From contig OY986948.1 in the NCBI GenBank assembly GCA_963920595.1, forward strand, positions 1,116,001-1,180,000: 64,000 bases of DNA, given 5' to 3'. The notes below the pieces were generated by a model. The model was not told the origin of the DNA, did no database searches, and saw only the letters and a program-made list of their open reading frames with translations. Each line of letters starts with the position of its first letter. Position 1 is the stretch's first letter. Position numbers and translations under genes: made by a program. This document shows positions 31,201 to 43,564 of the stretch, in pieces. Origin of the DNA: Eimeria praecox (taxonomy: Eukaryota).

Positions 31201-34200
31201 GCTCGATGCACCCTGAAAAGGAAAGCGCATATACCTCGGTTCTCACATGATTATCTACTTGCATGAAATGAGAGATACACAGTACTCAGTGCGTCCATCC
31301 TTCTCTTGGAGAGCAGCTGGTACATAGGTCCAGCCTTTGTCCAAAAGCGAAGGCTGGCTAAAGAGTAGAGCTTACAGGAAAAAATTCATTGAAGTTCTCA
31401 AATGATGCGGAGCACCTGTTTGGGATGGAAGTGGTTTCCTCGTGGCTGCGCTTGAACAATGCGAATGCCCTAGAGATACGACTTGGAGTGCTTGGAGTCA
31501 AAAACTTTCGGTCAAGTGTAAGGCTTGCTTCATCCGGAAGTTCCCAGCAGGAATGTGCAAGCTCATTGATTGTGCGCTGTGTCCAGAACCTGTCCTCCAG
31601 CGACTTTACGAACTGTTGACGTGAAATAATGCTGAGGTATTCTGCGTGAAGACCGTTGAGGAACAACCATAGCCAAGGACCTGTCCAGGCGTATGTTGCC
31701 AGCTCTGAACGGCAGCGCATCATAGGGTATTGGGAAGGTACGTTTGCTTTTCACCTTCCTCAAAGGGTAAATAAGTTCAGTTTGGTTCCAAACTGCGCAA
31801 ATACCGGTCTAGTGTACCCTGCTTACAGCTGCTGTCCGGCCTACCTGGAATGGCATAGTGGACCATAATTGGTAAGTCACGATCGTCTCTGATGATGCAG
31901 GCAAGGCCTGTATAGCAGTCTTGTACAATGCTCTTCTCAACTTCAAACTCCGTCAGATAATTTGTCTTCAGCTCAAGAAGAGTGTTATAAGCCGCTTTTG
32001 AATCATATAAAACCCAGGTGCCCTCAGTGAGCTTGCTGCCTTGGTCAGCGAATTGGCCAATTGTTATTGGTGTGGTTTCTTCCGGGTGTATTTCGAATTG
32101 AAAGCCATGCCTGTCTCTGACTTTGCAAACCCCGGTATTCAAATCCTTTGCTGTAAACTTGTACTGCCGCCGTTGTATGTACTGATGCGAAATCTGGTCT
32201 CCGTCCTCGAAACCTGCCGCAGCCACACAGCATGGGGAAGCGAATTGTTTCCTACCCGCGAAAGTGCATCGTATAATATAAAGCTGCACGCTTTACTGCA
32301 TGACTTCGGACGGAACGTTAGTGCGCCTCAAGTGCGTACTTCGAACTATATGGAGACTAGCATCGGTAGCGAGTTGGAAACGGTTGGCATCTTCAAGGAG
32401 AAAAGTACAGCGATCTACACGCTCAACCATTCGGTATATGCCGCTATGCTGACTGTCTTCTTCAGGAGGGATGCGCACTAAGTGACCCTTTGGTACACCT
32501 GCAAGAAGCGAATTACACATTCAGCAGAGCATCATTTAACACATCCAGCAGTTCTGTTTTGCCGTCAAAGCGCTTGCTAGGAATCGTGCAGTAAATACGT
32601 GCATTTGTCCCACTTGCAGTCAGAAGGAAGCGCTTGACTTCTTCAAGGTCCGGGACCGGCGCTGTGAGGTCTTTCTTCTCGTAGTACGCTACTAAGGCTT
32701 TGTACTGTGCGTATGCCTTGCCATAAAATGAAGCACGCCTGCACCTTTTGTTCCTTGAGTTGCCTTGAAGCCGCTGCAGTAGCCAACGCTCAAATTCGCG
32801 TGCAATCTGCTGTGAGTTTGAGTCAATTAGCTGTTGAAGGAAAGCGCCGGGGCTCTCAATGTACAGCGTTCGTTTGTCTGCAGCACGCACGAGTATTCCC
32901 AGCATGCAGCACGCAGAATATTTCCAGCATCTTGATGCCACTTAGTATCTCTGACACGAATTCTAACTGGTGATCAATACTAACTAGAGTTGAAATGCAG
33001 CTATCTGGATGCGAGTGTTGAGTCGCTGAAGGTCTTCAGTTGCCAAATTGCGGCGTAACGTTACTGACATGCGTATTCAAAGAAGCTCTCCTGCATTCTT
33101 TTTAGAACATGGTCGACGCCAGCTACCATGCTCAGCTCCTTTTCCACTGCAGATGCCAATGCTGCCAGTTCTCCAAACTCTTGCGCGTACTGTTTTACCA
33201 CCATGCGCTCTTGGTCTGCTACATTGAGGTCCAAAACTTCCCACCTTACGTTCTCAGCGGATTCATTGCAATTGAGGATGACTGTCCAAGACTCCTCTGA
33301 AACACGATTAAGACAGCACAACCTTGCACCCTATTGCCGCAGCAGCTAATGGCACGGCATAGAAAAAAATTGAGCTGCTACTGACGGGATTCTTACTGAA
33401 AGGCTTTCCATCGACGCCATCTGCAGACATACGAAACGAGAAAAGAAAAAGGGTATTACGCTTGAGAGATATATATTTTCATGACACAAATTAGTCATTT
33501 TTGATGTTTTGATGCCAGCGTTGTACTATATTTCGCTTAGATTTAACCAAATGCTTAGAAGAATTAGGACTCGTCAGCTTCTTCAGCAGACATTGCATTT
33601 CATAAGTAAGCTGGAGTTGCAAACATCAATTAGTCTAGAATTTTCTTTTCTGCGTGCCCCTAATCCCCTCTGCGCACGCTGCCAAGAATACTCATTCTAA
33701 TTAGATAGTACGGCGGCAAAGGAGAGTGTGGAGTGGTATTGGGGCAGGCAATCGCTCACTTTGCCTCAGCATTTTATCGAGGTCCCTGCGACTTGTATTA
33801 TGCCATTCAGAAATATCCTGCTGAATCTCCAAGTCTCTTGCTTCTGGATAAGCTGAGCGGAGGAGCTTCTTGGTGAGATACCAGTCTCGCAAGAAATTAA
33901 TGGTTGCTTGCATCCCTCCAGCTGTTGCTATCTTGAAGCTCTCCCTATTACTAAAGCGGTCGAGAATAGTGTCCACAACGTTCTTTGGGAATAAAAGCTG
34001 GAGTATGTGGGACAACGTCGTTCGGGTTCGGGGAGTAAGCTTGTCACTTGCATATGAAACCACTACTCTGTTTGCAGGCAATCCCTCCCAAGGATTGCCT
34101 TCGCGACGCACTGCATTTTCGTCCTCTTGAAAATAATTAAGGTATGGCTTCATTTCCTTCCCAGCCTCGCACTGAAAGGGATCGATGCGCTGCAGCATAT

Positions 34201-37200
34201 GCAGGGGCCTCCCTACAAGCTGCACTACTTTCCCCTTGGCCTCCAAGATAATCGTCAAGAACTCAGGTTCTTCTCTAGAAGCCTCTATCCTCATAGATAT
34301 CTTGGGACCATGGGATTTCTGGTTGCACAAACAAAACAGTTCTGCCGTACAGCAATGCGTCTAATTAGCTTTTTATATTGTGGCAGCATGAATATCGGAC
34401 TGGTCTTATGTCACGTGATTGATTTTGCTTATAATATACCTTCAGCCGCCGAAGAAGAAAACTCCAAGCTTGTCGGGCTAGGGTAATGAGGGTCAAAAAC
34501 GGAGAGAGGAGCTCCTATAGTGAAACGGACACACAATGCGAAAAGCGGGGATTGCGCGGGATATTCTGATCTACGGTGCTGGTCTTTCTTTTGCCCTGAG
34601 GCTTTGCCAGCGTCAATCAGCGCATGTGTACATCACTAGCTCACCTTTGTCCTCGTCATTATGCTCCTCCCAATTCCCGCGAAAAGACCTGCCGGTTGAG
34701 AAGAGACAGGGCGCTCTTTACCCGCATACCCAAATGGAGATCGCATCGGGCGTACAGTCCTAGGGAAGGAGCTGAGAAGCTTTACAGTTTGACGGTTTGG
34801 CGGCTCGCGAAGCTCGAATTCCAGGGGTACGGCCTCGTCGCTGACTGACAGAATCAACTTTTTTCCTGCACATCATAAGCGTGCAATTGGAAAGGCATGT
34901 GGACCACCTCTGAGTGAACTGTACTAATACAACCTTCATATTCATAGAAGGAGATCCTTCAGTAGCGTAAAAGCTTAGTGTCCTTCGCAAACACAACTTC
35001 GTACCTTGTACAGATGTGAAATAAAGGGGCAGTTTGCCGCAGTCGCTTCCCCTTCTCTTGAGGAAGCACTGATTTACTAATTCCCACGTTAAAAAGGAGG
35101 AGGGCAGATTAACGCGATCCAGCATAGCCTTTAGACGCGGACTTCCTGTGGACTGCACGGTCAATCGGATCCCATCATGGCTGAAACTACTAGCGACATA
35201 CACCAGCACTGCTAAGTAGGTACAGGCTTCTTTCTAGTTGCTAAAACGTTGCTAGTCTTCCTCGTGAGAAGACGCACCTGCAAACGAGCAACGAACTGGC
35301 TCATGCAGCTGTATGTTCCTGGTCGAAGGAGAGGCTCTTCTATCTCCCCCTCAAGAAAAGACATGCGAGCTGCTTGTTGAAGAAAAAAAAGGTACATCTG
35401 CTTCATTCTCGCAGCGTCCCTCCAGTTCAACCCATGTGAAGAGTACATCTCATCTAAAACACAACAGGTTGCGCCACACTAAATACTAAAAGCATATGCT
35501 CACGAAGCATGCCGGCACGCGCACGCTTTTGCCTTAAACTATCTTTGAAGAACGTATGATACCTTTTGCTTCCCAATTGCTCAAAGCCCCTATTAACGGC
35601 CCCCAATCAGTTGCGACCAGCGCTCGGTAGTCCACATCTCGGTTTACCCACTCCAGCAGGTTAGGCAGCTTGTGGGCCCAGTCCTTTAGCAATGAAATCA
35701 TTAGGTCCTAGAACACAGCAAAGCACCTTTCAAATACCACTACAGATGAAGGAGCGAGCTGTCCAGCACATTGATGGTCACGAAAGCAGTGGGAAAATAT
35801 CTCTAGACGTCCTGCATGTTCCGAAGGCTAGCTAGGAGTTGTCTGCGCACCTGCACCTTGACGTCTGCTTCCACCATGAGAGGCCGTATCTGGTGACTAA
35901 CTAGTGGATCCCAATGGCTCGTGCTCTGGCCGACCAATATCGGGAGGGCGATGGACTGCAACGAGCGCAGAAGCTTGTAGTAGGTCGTGCCAGGCCTTCG
36001 AAGCTCTACAGTAACAAACAAGCAACCATTCCAGCAATCCCGCCCCTTTTTAGGGGAAGAGCACAAAAGGAGCAACACCGGTTGCTGGGAGTTTGATCAA
36101 ATGCCCACCAGAGGTAAATACATGAACAGGCGTCTCCACATGGTGCGGCACAAACACAAAAGGGTGCTTTGTCTTAAACTTGTCAATGCTGATGGTCTCC
36201 GTAGAGAAATTAATGAGTTGGGTAGCCGAAGGCTCCGAAGGCACCAGGGCTTGGTCTATTATGTCTCCCACATTTTGGGGGTCAAGGTACTCCCTCACAG
36301 CCATTACCATCTGCATAGTGACACAGAAACGCAGCCTTCTCTTTGCTTGGTCTTGTGACGCTGCAAGCGTGCACGAAACGAAATTACCAGGTGCGTGAAC
36401 GATGTGCATGCTGGTATAGGGAAAGACCCACCGATGTTTTGAGATTCTCGAGGACAGTCGAGTGCGTGTAGCTGTCGGCAACCTGCTTCTCATTTCGCAT
36501 AAATCCAGCTAAGCTTTGGTCCACTGTATCCGGAAGGCGCAGATCCGACACGAGTCTAGCATACATGTTATGCTTCCAGTTGTCCAAGAAAAGGCTTCCC
36601 AATGTTGTAACCAGGAGGTTCGCGAGGCCTGTTCACAGTTACAAGTGGCACAGCTCCACAATTGCTGCGTTGCAATGGTTCTTCCTCAGCAACCCCGAAA
36701 CCGCTAATTCTCGACTGGCCTCCGACTTGCAGTCGAAGGCGCAGAAGTACTCCAAAACAAACCTGCAACTTGGTCAACTTTGCTGAAAAGGAATCCAAGA
36801 CCATAGGCAACGGCGCAGGCCCGAAACAATGAGTACAGCTTGTAATAAGATGAAAGAACCAGAAACAGGTTTCGTTGAGTAGATCTGCTGATAAGCGTTC
36901 GCAAAGTCGTCAATAGGAGCCCTAGGGCACGGATCTCCTTGCTCTTCAAGGCGGTATTGCGCACCTCCAGGGGCATTTCAGCTAGAAACAAAATGAAGGC
37001 AGCGCATACTTTGGGCCAGAGGAAAAAATACCAGAAGCATTCACTTGCAACCTATAATGCGAGCTTCAACTCAGCATTAATAACACCTATACAGATTGAT
37101 GCAATCGTGGAATATGGGCTATATGCAGGTTTCTTCTGTACTACCCATGTTTCTTTAGGAAAAAACACCGTAACGTACCATTTTGCAAAACTGGATCGAT

Positions 37201-37953
37201 ATAACGGCTGCCGGGCGGAGTGTTAGGGGCTGAAAAGGCAGCAGCACCACACAATCAAATACGCCATTGTTCTAGTATTATTTTGCTGAGGCAGTAAGCG
37301 AAGTGTTTATGTTGGCCAACTCAGAATCTGTCAGCTTCAGCCTATCCTTACAGCTTGCCAACTGGAGTCCCGAATATGTTCCATGGTTAGTAATTGCCAA
37401 GTCATCAACGGACTCTGGATTTCGCAACGGCACAAAAGAGTGGGTCCAAATCGTCTTGAAAACTGTAATGTTCACGTGCATGTTAACGCATTAGCCATGC
37501 TTAGGCCCATGCTCATAAGGGCATACAGAGTGCTTCCGGGTGTTACCGCCAACAGATTCGAGCACATCATATATATGATTATCTAGCACCTGGGTCACTT
37601 ATGTGGCTTAATATATGTATGTAGCGCATATGACAAACACGGTGCTCATGCTTCATTGGTTCATCTGATTGGCTGCTTTTAGCCGTGTGAAAATATCGCG
37701 TGTTCTTACCGACGGCGGCGGATATGTCTCGTTGAGAGTCGAAGAGCTCGGCAGATCCACTTTGACCCAAAGGCACTACTGGAAGCTCCACCAATCCTCC
37801 ATGCTTTCTCACCTCAGCTGTGTTCGTAGCGAAATGGGAAGCGCGCCGCGTTGCCTTTCCCGTTGAAATAACTCCTCTTGTTATGGCCCACAGGCCTAGC
37901 ACAGCCAGGGGTCCCCAGGCCAGCCGGCCACGGCTGGAGGAGAGCGAAGCCAT
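23268..37953 (-). CDS. Very large multi-exon hypothetical protein with an N-terminal signal peptide or anchor and hydrophobic C-terminal segments (could be more than one gene)
   Basis: Continuous run of minus-strand, protein-like, AG/GT-bounded ORF blocks across about 14.7 kb. Begins MASLSSSRGRLAWGPLAVLGLWAITRG at 37953; final exon ...CRIPTNPAYCSVPFFR* stops at 23268. Family not recognised. Confidence 0.65.
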
Positions 37954-38466
37954 TATTCAATTTCGCACATGTCTTAGTTTTCTGAAGTCCCCTTGGACGC
38001 TTTTTCTCTGCTATTGGCAAGACAGTACACAGTTGCTGGAGTTCAGGGCCTTGCTGCTGCTGGAACCATGAGGCCTTAAAAAAGGATGTTCACGCCTCAG
38101 TTGCACTCATAATGAGTCCCATACAGGAAAATATCAAAGGCTTTGAGTATTTCGCCATAAAAAAGAGTATTTCATGAGACCGTGCCCTAGATCAACCAGG
38201 AGCCTCTGCCGACGGTCCTTGTCTCAGAGCACTGTGCTGCTGCGGTCGCTGCACAACTTTTGCCCAGGCTTCCACTTGGGTTTAAGGATCTACACTATTT
38301 TTGTGAATGCATAATATTTACAGGTTCATCACTATTAAATTCATTCAAACAAAGGAAAGTTCGATGCGAGTGAAGTGCAATGTCTAAAGGCCCGCTTAAC
38401 GAGCGGTCCGTCGCAGCCCTGGCAGCATGCTTGCAGGTGTGGCAGCTGCAAACTCTAGGCCCCCTA

Positions 38467-41250
38467 GTAACACAAATATAACTCCCCATTTTTAATATTA
38501 TTTTGATCGCGTTTGCAATTCTCCACGCACTCAAGGCTTCTAATGATGGCGCGCGACGCCCTTTTATTAAGCGAATATCCACCGGGTGAAAGAGCGCTGG
38601 TCAGTTGGACTTGCCCACGGTGTAAACAATGGATTAACTAGTTTAAACATGAGGATATCCACAGAGAACTTTTTAATATTTGTGAACAGCGCTGACCTGG
38701 TAATCAGAGATCGCTAGACACGTGCCTTCCAGGACAGCAGCCAGCGTGTGCGCACAGAGTGACACAGTTCGCTCATGTATGTGTGCGTTTATATGTATGC
38801 GTTAATTTCATGGGGCGTACAATCACTAAACTAGGTACATTCCAGACTGAGGTTGAGACGCTTTTGAGCCTCAACCTACGGAAAAGAGCGACCAGATTCA
38901 GTCGTTATATTTTGGGAAGCCGAGCAGCCCTTTGTGCTGTAAACTACGGATGGCGATGGGCAGCAACGAAAGCTGGCATCATCTATATCACTGCTATGGC
39001 ATTTATGCTGGCTCTGCTTCTCACTATGCTTAAGCATAGCGAAAAGATGATCCTCCGGCGCTGAGGAAAGATACAAACCTGAGCTACAAGCCTCTGTTGT
39101 GGCTACACAGTCATACAAGCTGACTTGGTTTGAACGGCCAGTTCCTCTTTTAAATCTAAACAAAGACGGAAAAGCAATTCAAAAGGGCAAACCAATATTT
39201 CAAATGTGCGGTGCACACCTCAAGGGTTCCGTCTTCACAAGTAAATGCCGCCTTGGCTTTTTGCGCCATATATGTTTAGCTCAAGGCCCAGCTAGCAGCC
39301 AATCGAAGGGCCTCAAACAAATTGACCAAAAGCCACACCCCTAAGTTCTTCGAGCTGAGCGATACCGATTTTGTTAGGTTTTTCCTGAGCTATTACTGGC
39401 AGTGCAATTCGTTAACTTCCCCTCTTAGTTCGTAAGCCTGTACCCATGGCCTGAGGGGCCTGGTGGCAAGTCACAAAAACGCCATTTCCCACAGAGACCG
39501 GAAATGTGCTCATGGAATGTATTATTTTCATGAAGCATTCACCCGGAAGGAAAAAAACGTGCGTTGTCCCTAGGCTGGCTCAGTGTTGTATCTCGCATTT
39601 AATGGTGGTTGTGAGCGTCCTTTTCCAGCCCTTGTGAAGCCTAGCACCGCTGGCCCCGATGTCTTTGTGCAAATTTCGGCCTTTCCGCCTGTTGCTTTTC
39701 AGGGAGCTTCAGTTGTGCAAAAGGCTCGATCTTCTGTCCATCCTAAGCATGAATTCGTGCGTAAGGCGTTTTTTCCAGTACCCAAGTCATCGAGAGACCA
39801 GAAAAATGTGAGGAGTAAGCGTGTAAGTACTCGGGATATGGAGCGCAGCAGTGAGCTTCTTCCGTGTATGAAGGGAAGAAAAATTTTCGCATCTAAGTTT
39901 TGGTTGAGTAACCGAGAGGTACATCAGTCATGTAGATACACACTTAAAAAAGAATTCGTTGCCTTTAGTTTTTCACACTTCGTATCCGCACAGTAATGCA
40001 TGGGCAACGCAGCCTGGTGGTGAGCCTCCGCCTATGTGGGCTATCATAAGCAGCGCAGTACATTTTGGAGTACATACACCCTACTGTGGTGCGCGCAAGC
40101 AAATGCCTTGCTAGAAAAAAAGTCAAACCGCCCCTTCAGCATCCCCTCTTTTTGGAAGTACGCCACCATAATAATGCATGCGAGCACCTTTTTAGTTCTC
40201 GTTCTCGCATGCGGATTCCACCATAGACGGCATGCAGTCCCTGTTCAAGGGGTGCGTGTTCAGAATTCTACAAGGGCCGGGACGCAAACACAGTCGAGCA
40301 GCGCTACTCTCCTGCCAATTTTAAGTATTTTCGAGAGACCCCAGCCTCATTTTGTAGCTGAGCTTATTCGGTTCGACCGTATGGAGAGAGGTAGGCCTGA
40401 AAGTGGCTGCAGCAGCACAGGCTCCCCGTGTGCCACTAAGGAGAACCCTGACAGGCCCAGTATCTTTGTATCGGGAGGGGCAAACGCTTATACTGTCTGG
40501 AACAAAGGCGCATTTTATATCACTCGATGATGTGAAGCAGCTCGTTCATCTGGGGCCTACCAGCCTTGAAGGGTCTTTATCCTCAGACTCGCCGCTTTCC
40601 TCAGCTGGGAAAAATGAGTGGTGATTCGTGGTTTAGTACTCGTTGGGTATTGAGGCAATGCTAAAAGGGTATTCTGTAGGTATCTCGCCCGCTTGAACAC
40701 GTTTCAAGATGGGGGATCGGCGGATGGCGCCTGGTCATACACGGTAAGGCGCACTCACTGCGGGCGCTACCAGGGTGGGACAATGCTTCCTCTTTTCTTC
40801 TAGTCCACAAGTTCTTGTGAGGGATCGTATGACACATTCCTTGGAGGCCACTGGTACGGCTGCTCGGTGCGGCACTTTCCCAACTGCATGCAACTAAAAC
40901 ACGGCCCAGTAAACTGGCGGGGAAGACCGTCCGGGCTGCTTACTTGGATTTGCCGGAGCATACAAAACTGAAGGTCAAGGGGCGCGTGCACTTCTTCGAC
41001 AAGTGGGAAGGTGAAAGAATGCGCTGTCGCTCTTACCTATCACTAGAGTGTACAGGCTGTCTTAGGGGAAAGCGTCTATGTGAAGATTAACGGCAAAATA
41101 GTATGGACTAGTAAGTAGGCGCCAGAAGGAATTCTGGGATTCCCAGCTCATCCCTCACCTCCATTTATTTATGCTGGATCTTTGCCAGAATCCTCTAACT
41201 GGTGCCCGCAAGTGAGCGTGTCTTCGAAGTTCAACACACCAGCACTTTAT
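38467..41250 (-). mobile_element. Decayed Ty3/gypsy (chromovirus-like) LTR-retrotransposon relic: gag Zn-knuckle, protease, RT connection/RNase H, integrase and chromodomain remnants
   Basis: Motifs appear in the expected order on the minus strand: APLDL...FTGPCFSCMQLGKCRTEQP (about 40985-40857; CCHC-like), ALLDC/ASRP (40304-40275; cf. ALLDTGASRSF), GWTED...AQLK (about 39745-39705), FVTCHQAP (39476-39454; cf. TDHQAL), RLIKGRRAP...ENC (about 38580-38510; chromodomain-like), and a purine tract at 38493-38482 followed by TGTTAC. Many stops and frameshifts. Confidence 0.6.
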
Positions 41251-41849
41251 GAATGCATGCACGTCATCCTCGTGCCAATGCAGAGGGCCGGCCAAGTAAG
41301 TGGATCTGGCTGATATGAGAGCCCTTTACGGTTACTTTCACGGGTATCCACCACCCAGGTGTGTGCAAGGCGAGGAGTAGACAGCTGCGGCCATTCTTAC
41401 CCCGACAGACTGTCTGTACGTCTCCTTTCTGGAGCTTCGCAGTGTGACGGTGACTCTGAGACTAACTGAGTGCCCCGCTTCTGTTGCTTTAGGTGCCTGT
41501 TGAGATAGAAACAAGCCACACAGGACCCGCTCTCCTTCTCTCTTTCGGAAGGTTTGGTTTTATTTTTGCTGCTTTGTTGCCTTCTGGCGCTCAGTCTGAG
41601 GTTTCCAGTACAATGCCAAAGAAGGCAAACCCCTGCTCAGCTTCTTGGGGGATTGATGACGTTGCGATTTATCTCCACTAAATAAAAACTGACCTCCAAT
41701 ACTTTCCCTCAGCTCTGCACTCTTCGTGTTCAATTCGAAGCAGCACTTTGTTTGATATTCGTCATTTTTCTTTGTTTTCCCCGCGGATTCGTTGCCTCAC
41801 TTGGCCAATTTTCGCGGCGACCCCAGCACAACTCTGTACCTCAATTCAT

Positions 41850-43150
41850 TTCTTGGGGGCAGCAGTTTGGGGCTTCACCCCGCAGATACAACTGTGCATG
41901 TATTTACATTTTCCCCTCTTTGTCCCTGAGACAGGTGTTTGACTTGTCCTCCAACAATGTCTCGGCCCCAACTGCATTTGCTTCCCTGCAAATACTGCGA
42001 GGAAATAAGCCACCTGCTGCTAATGTCGACGGCTCACCTGGGCTTTGCGCCCATTAATTCAAACCATGAAGTCCACAACCCACGCTTCTATACATAGTCG
42101 TAGAGTTAGGGAGGCCTTGATGGCTTGTTCAGTTGACTGAAACATTGAAGACCTTTTCTACCAGTTCTTGTGCATTGTCCATTTGTATGCTGCATCGAGG
42201 GATCGTGATTAGACAGCAACAGCGAGAAAGTGTTGCCCAAAAATTCAACTGTTGGGGCACCACCCCCTGATTCGCATTGCAGGCAATAAGCATCCTGGCG
42301 ATATCTGCATGGCACTGAACGAAGCCAGGCCTCTTGCAATGGGCATCTTCTCCAGTGATCTGGAGTCTATCTGGTAGAAGGGACGACAGAGTTGCCCGTT
42401 CCACACTTTGTTGTTGCGCGGAAGTAGAATTTTGAGGCATATCCCTCCACCGAAACATGTGCTTCAGCGCCGCCAAGCAGAAGCAATCAATGCACCTCTT
42501 ACTTCTTGAAGGGAAATATACGTAATTAGAAAGCTGTTGCTAACCTGGAAAGCCTTCAGCTCAGTGTAACCATTAATGCCCCCGAGCATTCGTAGCCCTC
42601 GCAATACCCCAACAGCGGCCGAGTGCTCAGGAGCAACTCCCTGTATTAAGTGCGATGCAGGACCTCACGGCTGCACGAGTGGAAGGGCTTCGTCAGTTTT
42701 CCAGGCTCCTCATCGTGGCCTCAAGACGAGCGCTAGTGCACCTCCTTTCATAGCTTTCTCTTCTGCTGGGGAGATGATGCCTTGAGAGTCATCTAGACCG
42801 AATCTGGTGAGCATTATACGCTGCAGCTGCGGGAGGTGTAGCCCTACCTGCCACGTGCTTGCTGAAGCTCACGGCTATCAGGCCGCACTGCAGTATGGGT
42901 GGGTGTGGTGCGGGGAGTGCGTACAGTTCTTAAAACGATTCGCCCTTGCATACAGCGCACTGCAAGCTTAACGTCTCCGTTGTGCCACGGTATGCCCCTC
43001 CATATCAGTCTGCGGCGAAGTTCGTTTTCCCTGAGGAGGATAGGAGTGGGGAGGGGAAGAGAAAAGAACACCGAGTTTTCTATCCTCCCCAATATGTTCA
43101 CTGCCTGCCTATACGGCTGCATCCTATGTTGCTATATGACAGATTAAGTC
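41850..43150 (-). mobile_element. Second decayed Ty3/gypsy pol fragment (protease C-terminus plus reverse transcriptase)
   Basis: Minus strand: LIWRGIPWHNGDVKL (protease C-terminus), KRCIDCFCL (42500-42474; cf. RMCIDYRAL), LQITGEDAHCK (cf. HQIRIAPEDxHKTAF), CCCLITIPRCS...QELVEKVF (degenerate YLDD region), QQVAYFL (cf. QVRQFLG), QLGP. Confidence 0.55.
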
Positions 43151-43564
43151 GCACTGTTTTAAAGGAATATACAGAAAAACAGCAGTCTTTCCAACGTTTA
43201 CTTAAAACAAACAGATCAGTACATGCTGCAGTTTACCCAGCTAACAACACGAATGCGAGGGTCTCCGCAGTCAGCAGCAGGGTCAGTAGTAGCCATCGCG
43301 CTGAATCTATGGGAAACCACGCGGCTACCTAACAATACAGGCGTGCACCACTGGGTGAGCGCTCAAGGCCAAGCATATCTAAATGCATCATATATGCATA
43401 TACATACAACCGCACAGTGCATGTTTACGTAGTGTCTCTTCGTCGTTAGCGGCTGGCAGTGTCTTCTGGAACAGTCTTCTGGAGCAAAGAAGACCAAGAT
43501 GTCACAGCTGCTGTATTTGCCTCAAAGCTTGCAGGACTCCACTGCGGCGGCAAAATCAAACTGT

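Noticed and set aside
30545..31216. Plus-strand ORFs within the giant gene region
   Set aside because: Antisense shadows of minus-strand exons
40403..40624. Plus-strand TLILSGTKAHFIS resembling a retroviral protease site
   Set aside because: Lacks the catalytic Asp and is on the opposite strand to the ordered gag-pol motifs; probably coincidental
42820..42875. Candidate 5' LTR matching 38410-38472
   Set aside because: Similarity is too short and weak to call an LTR pair by eye
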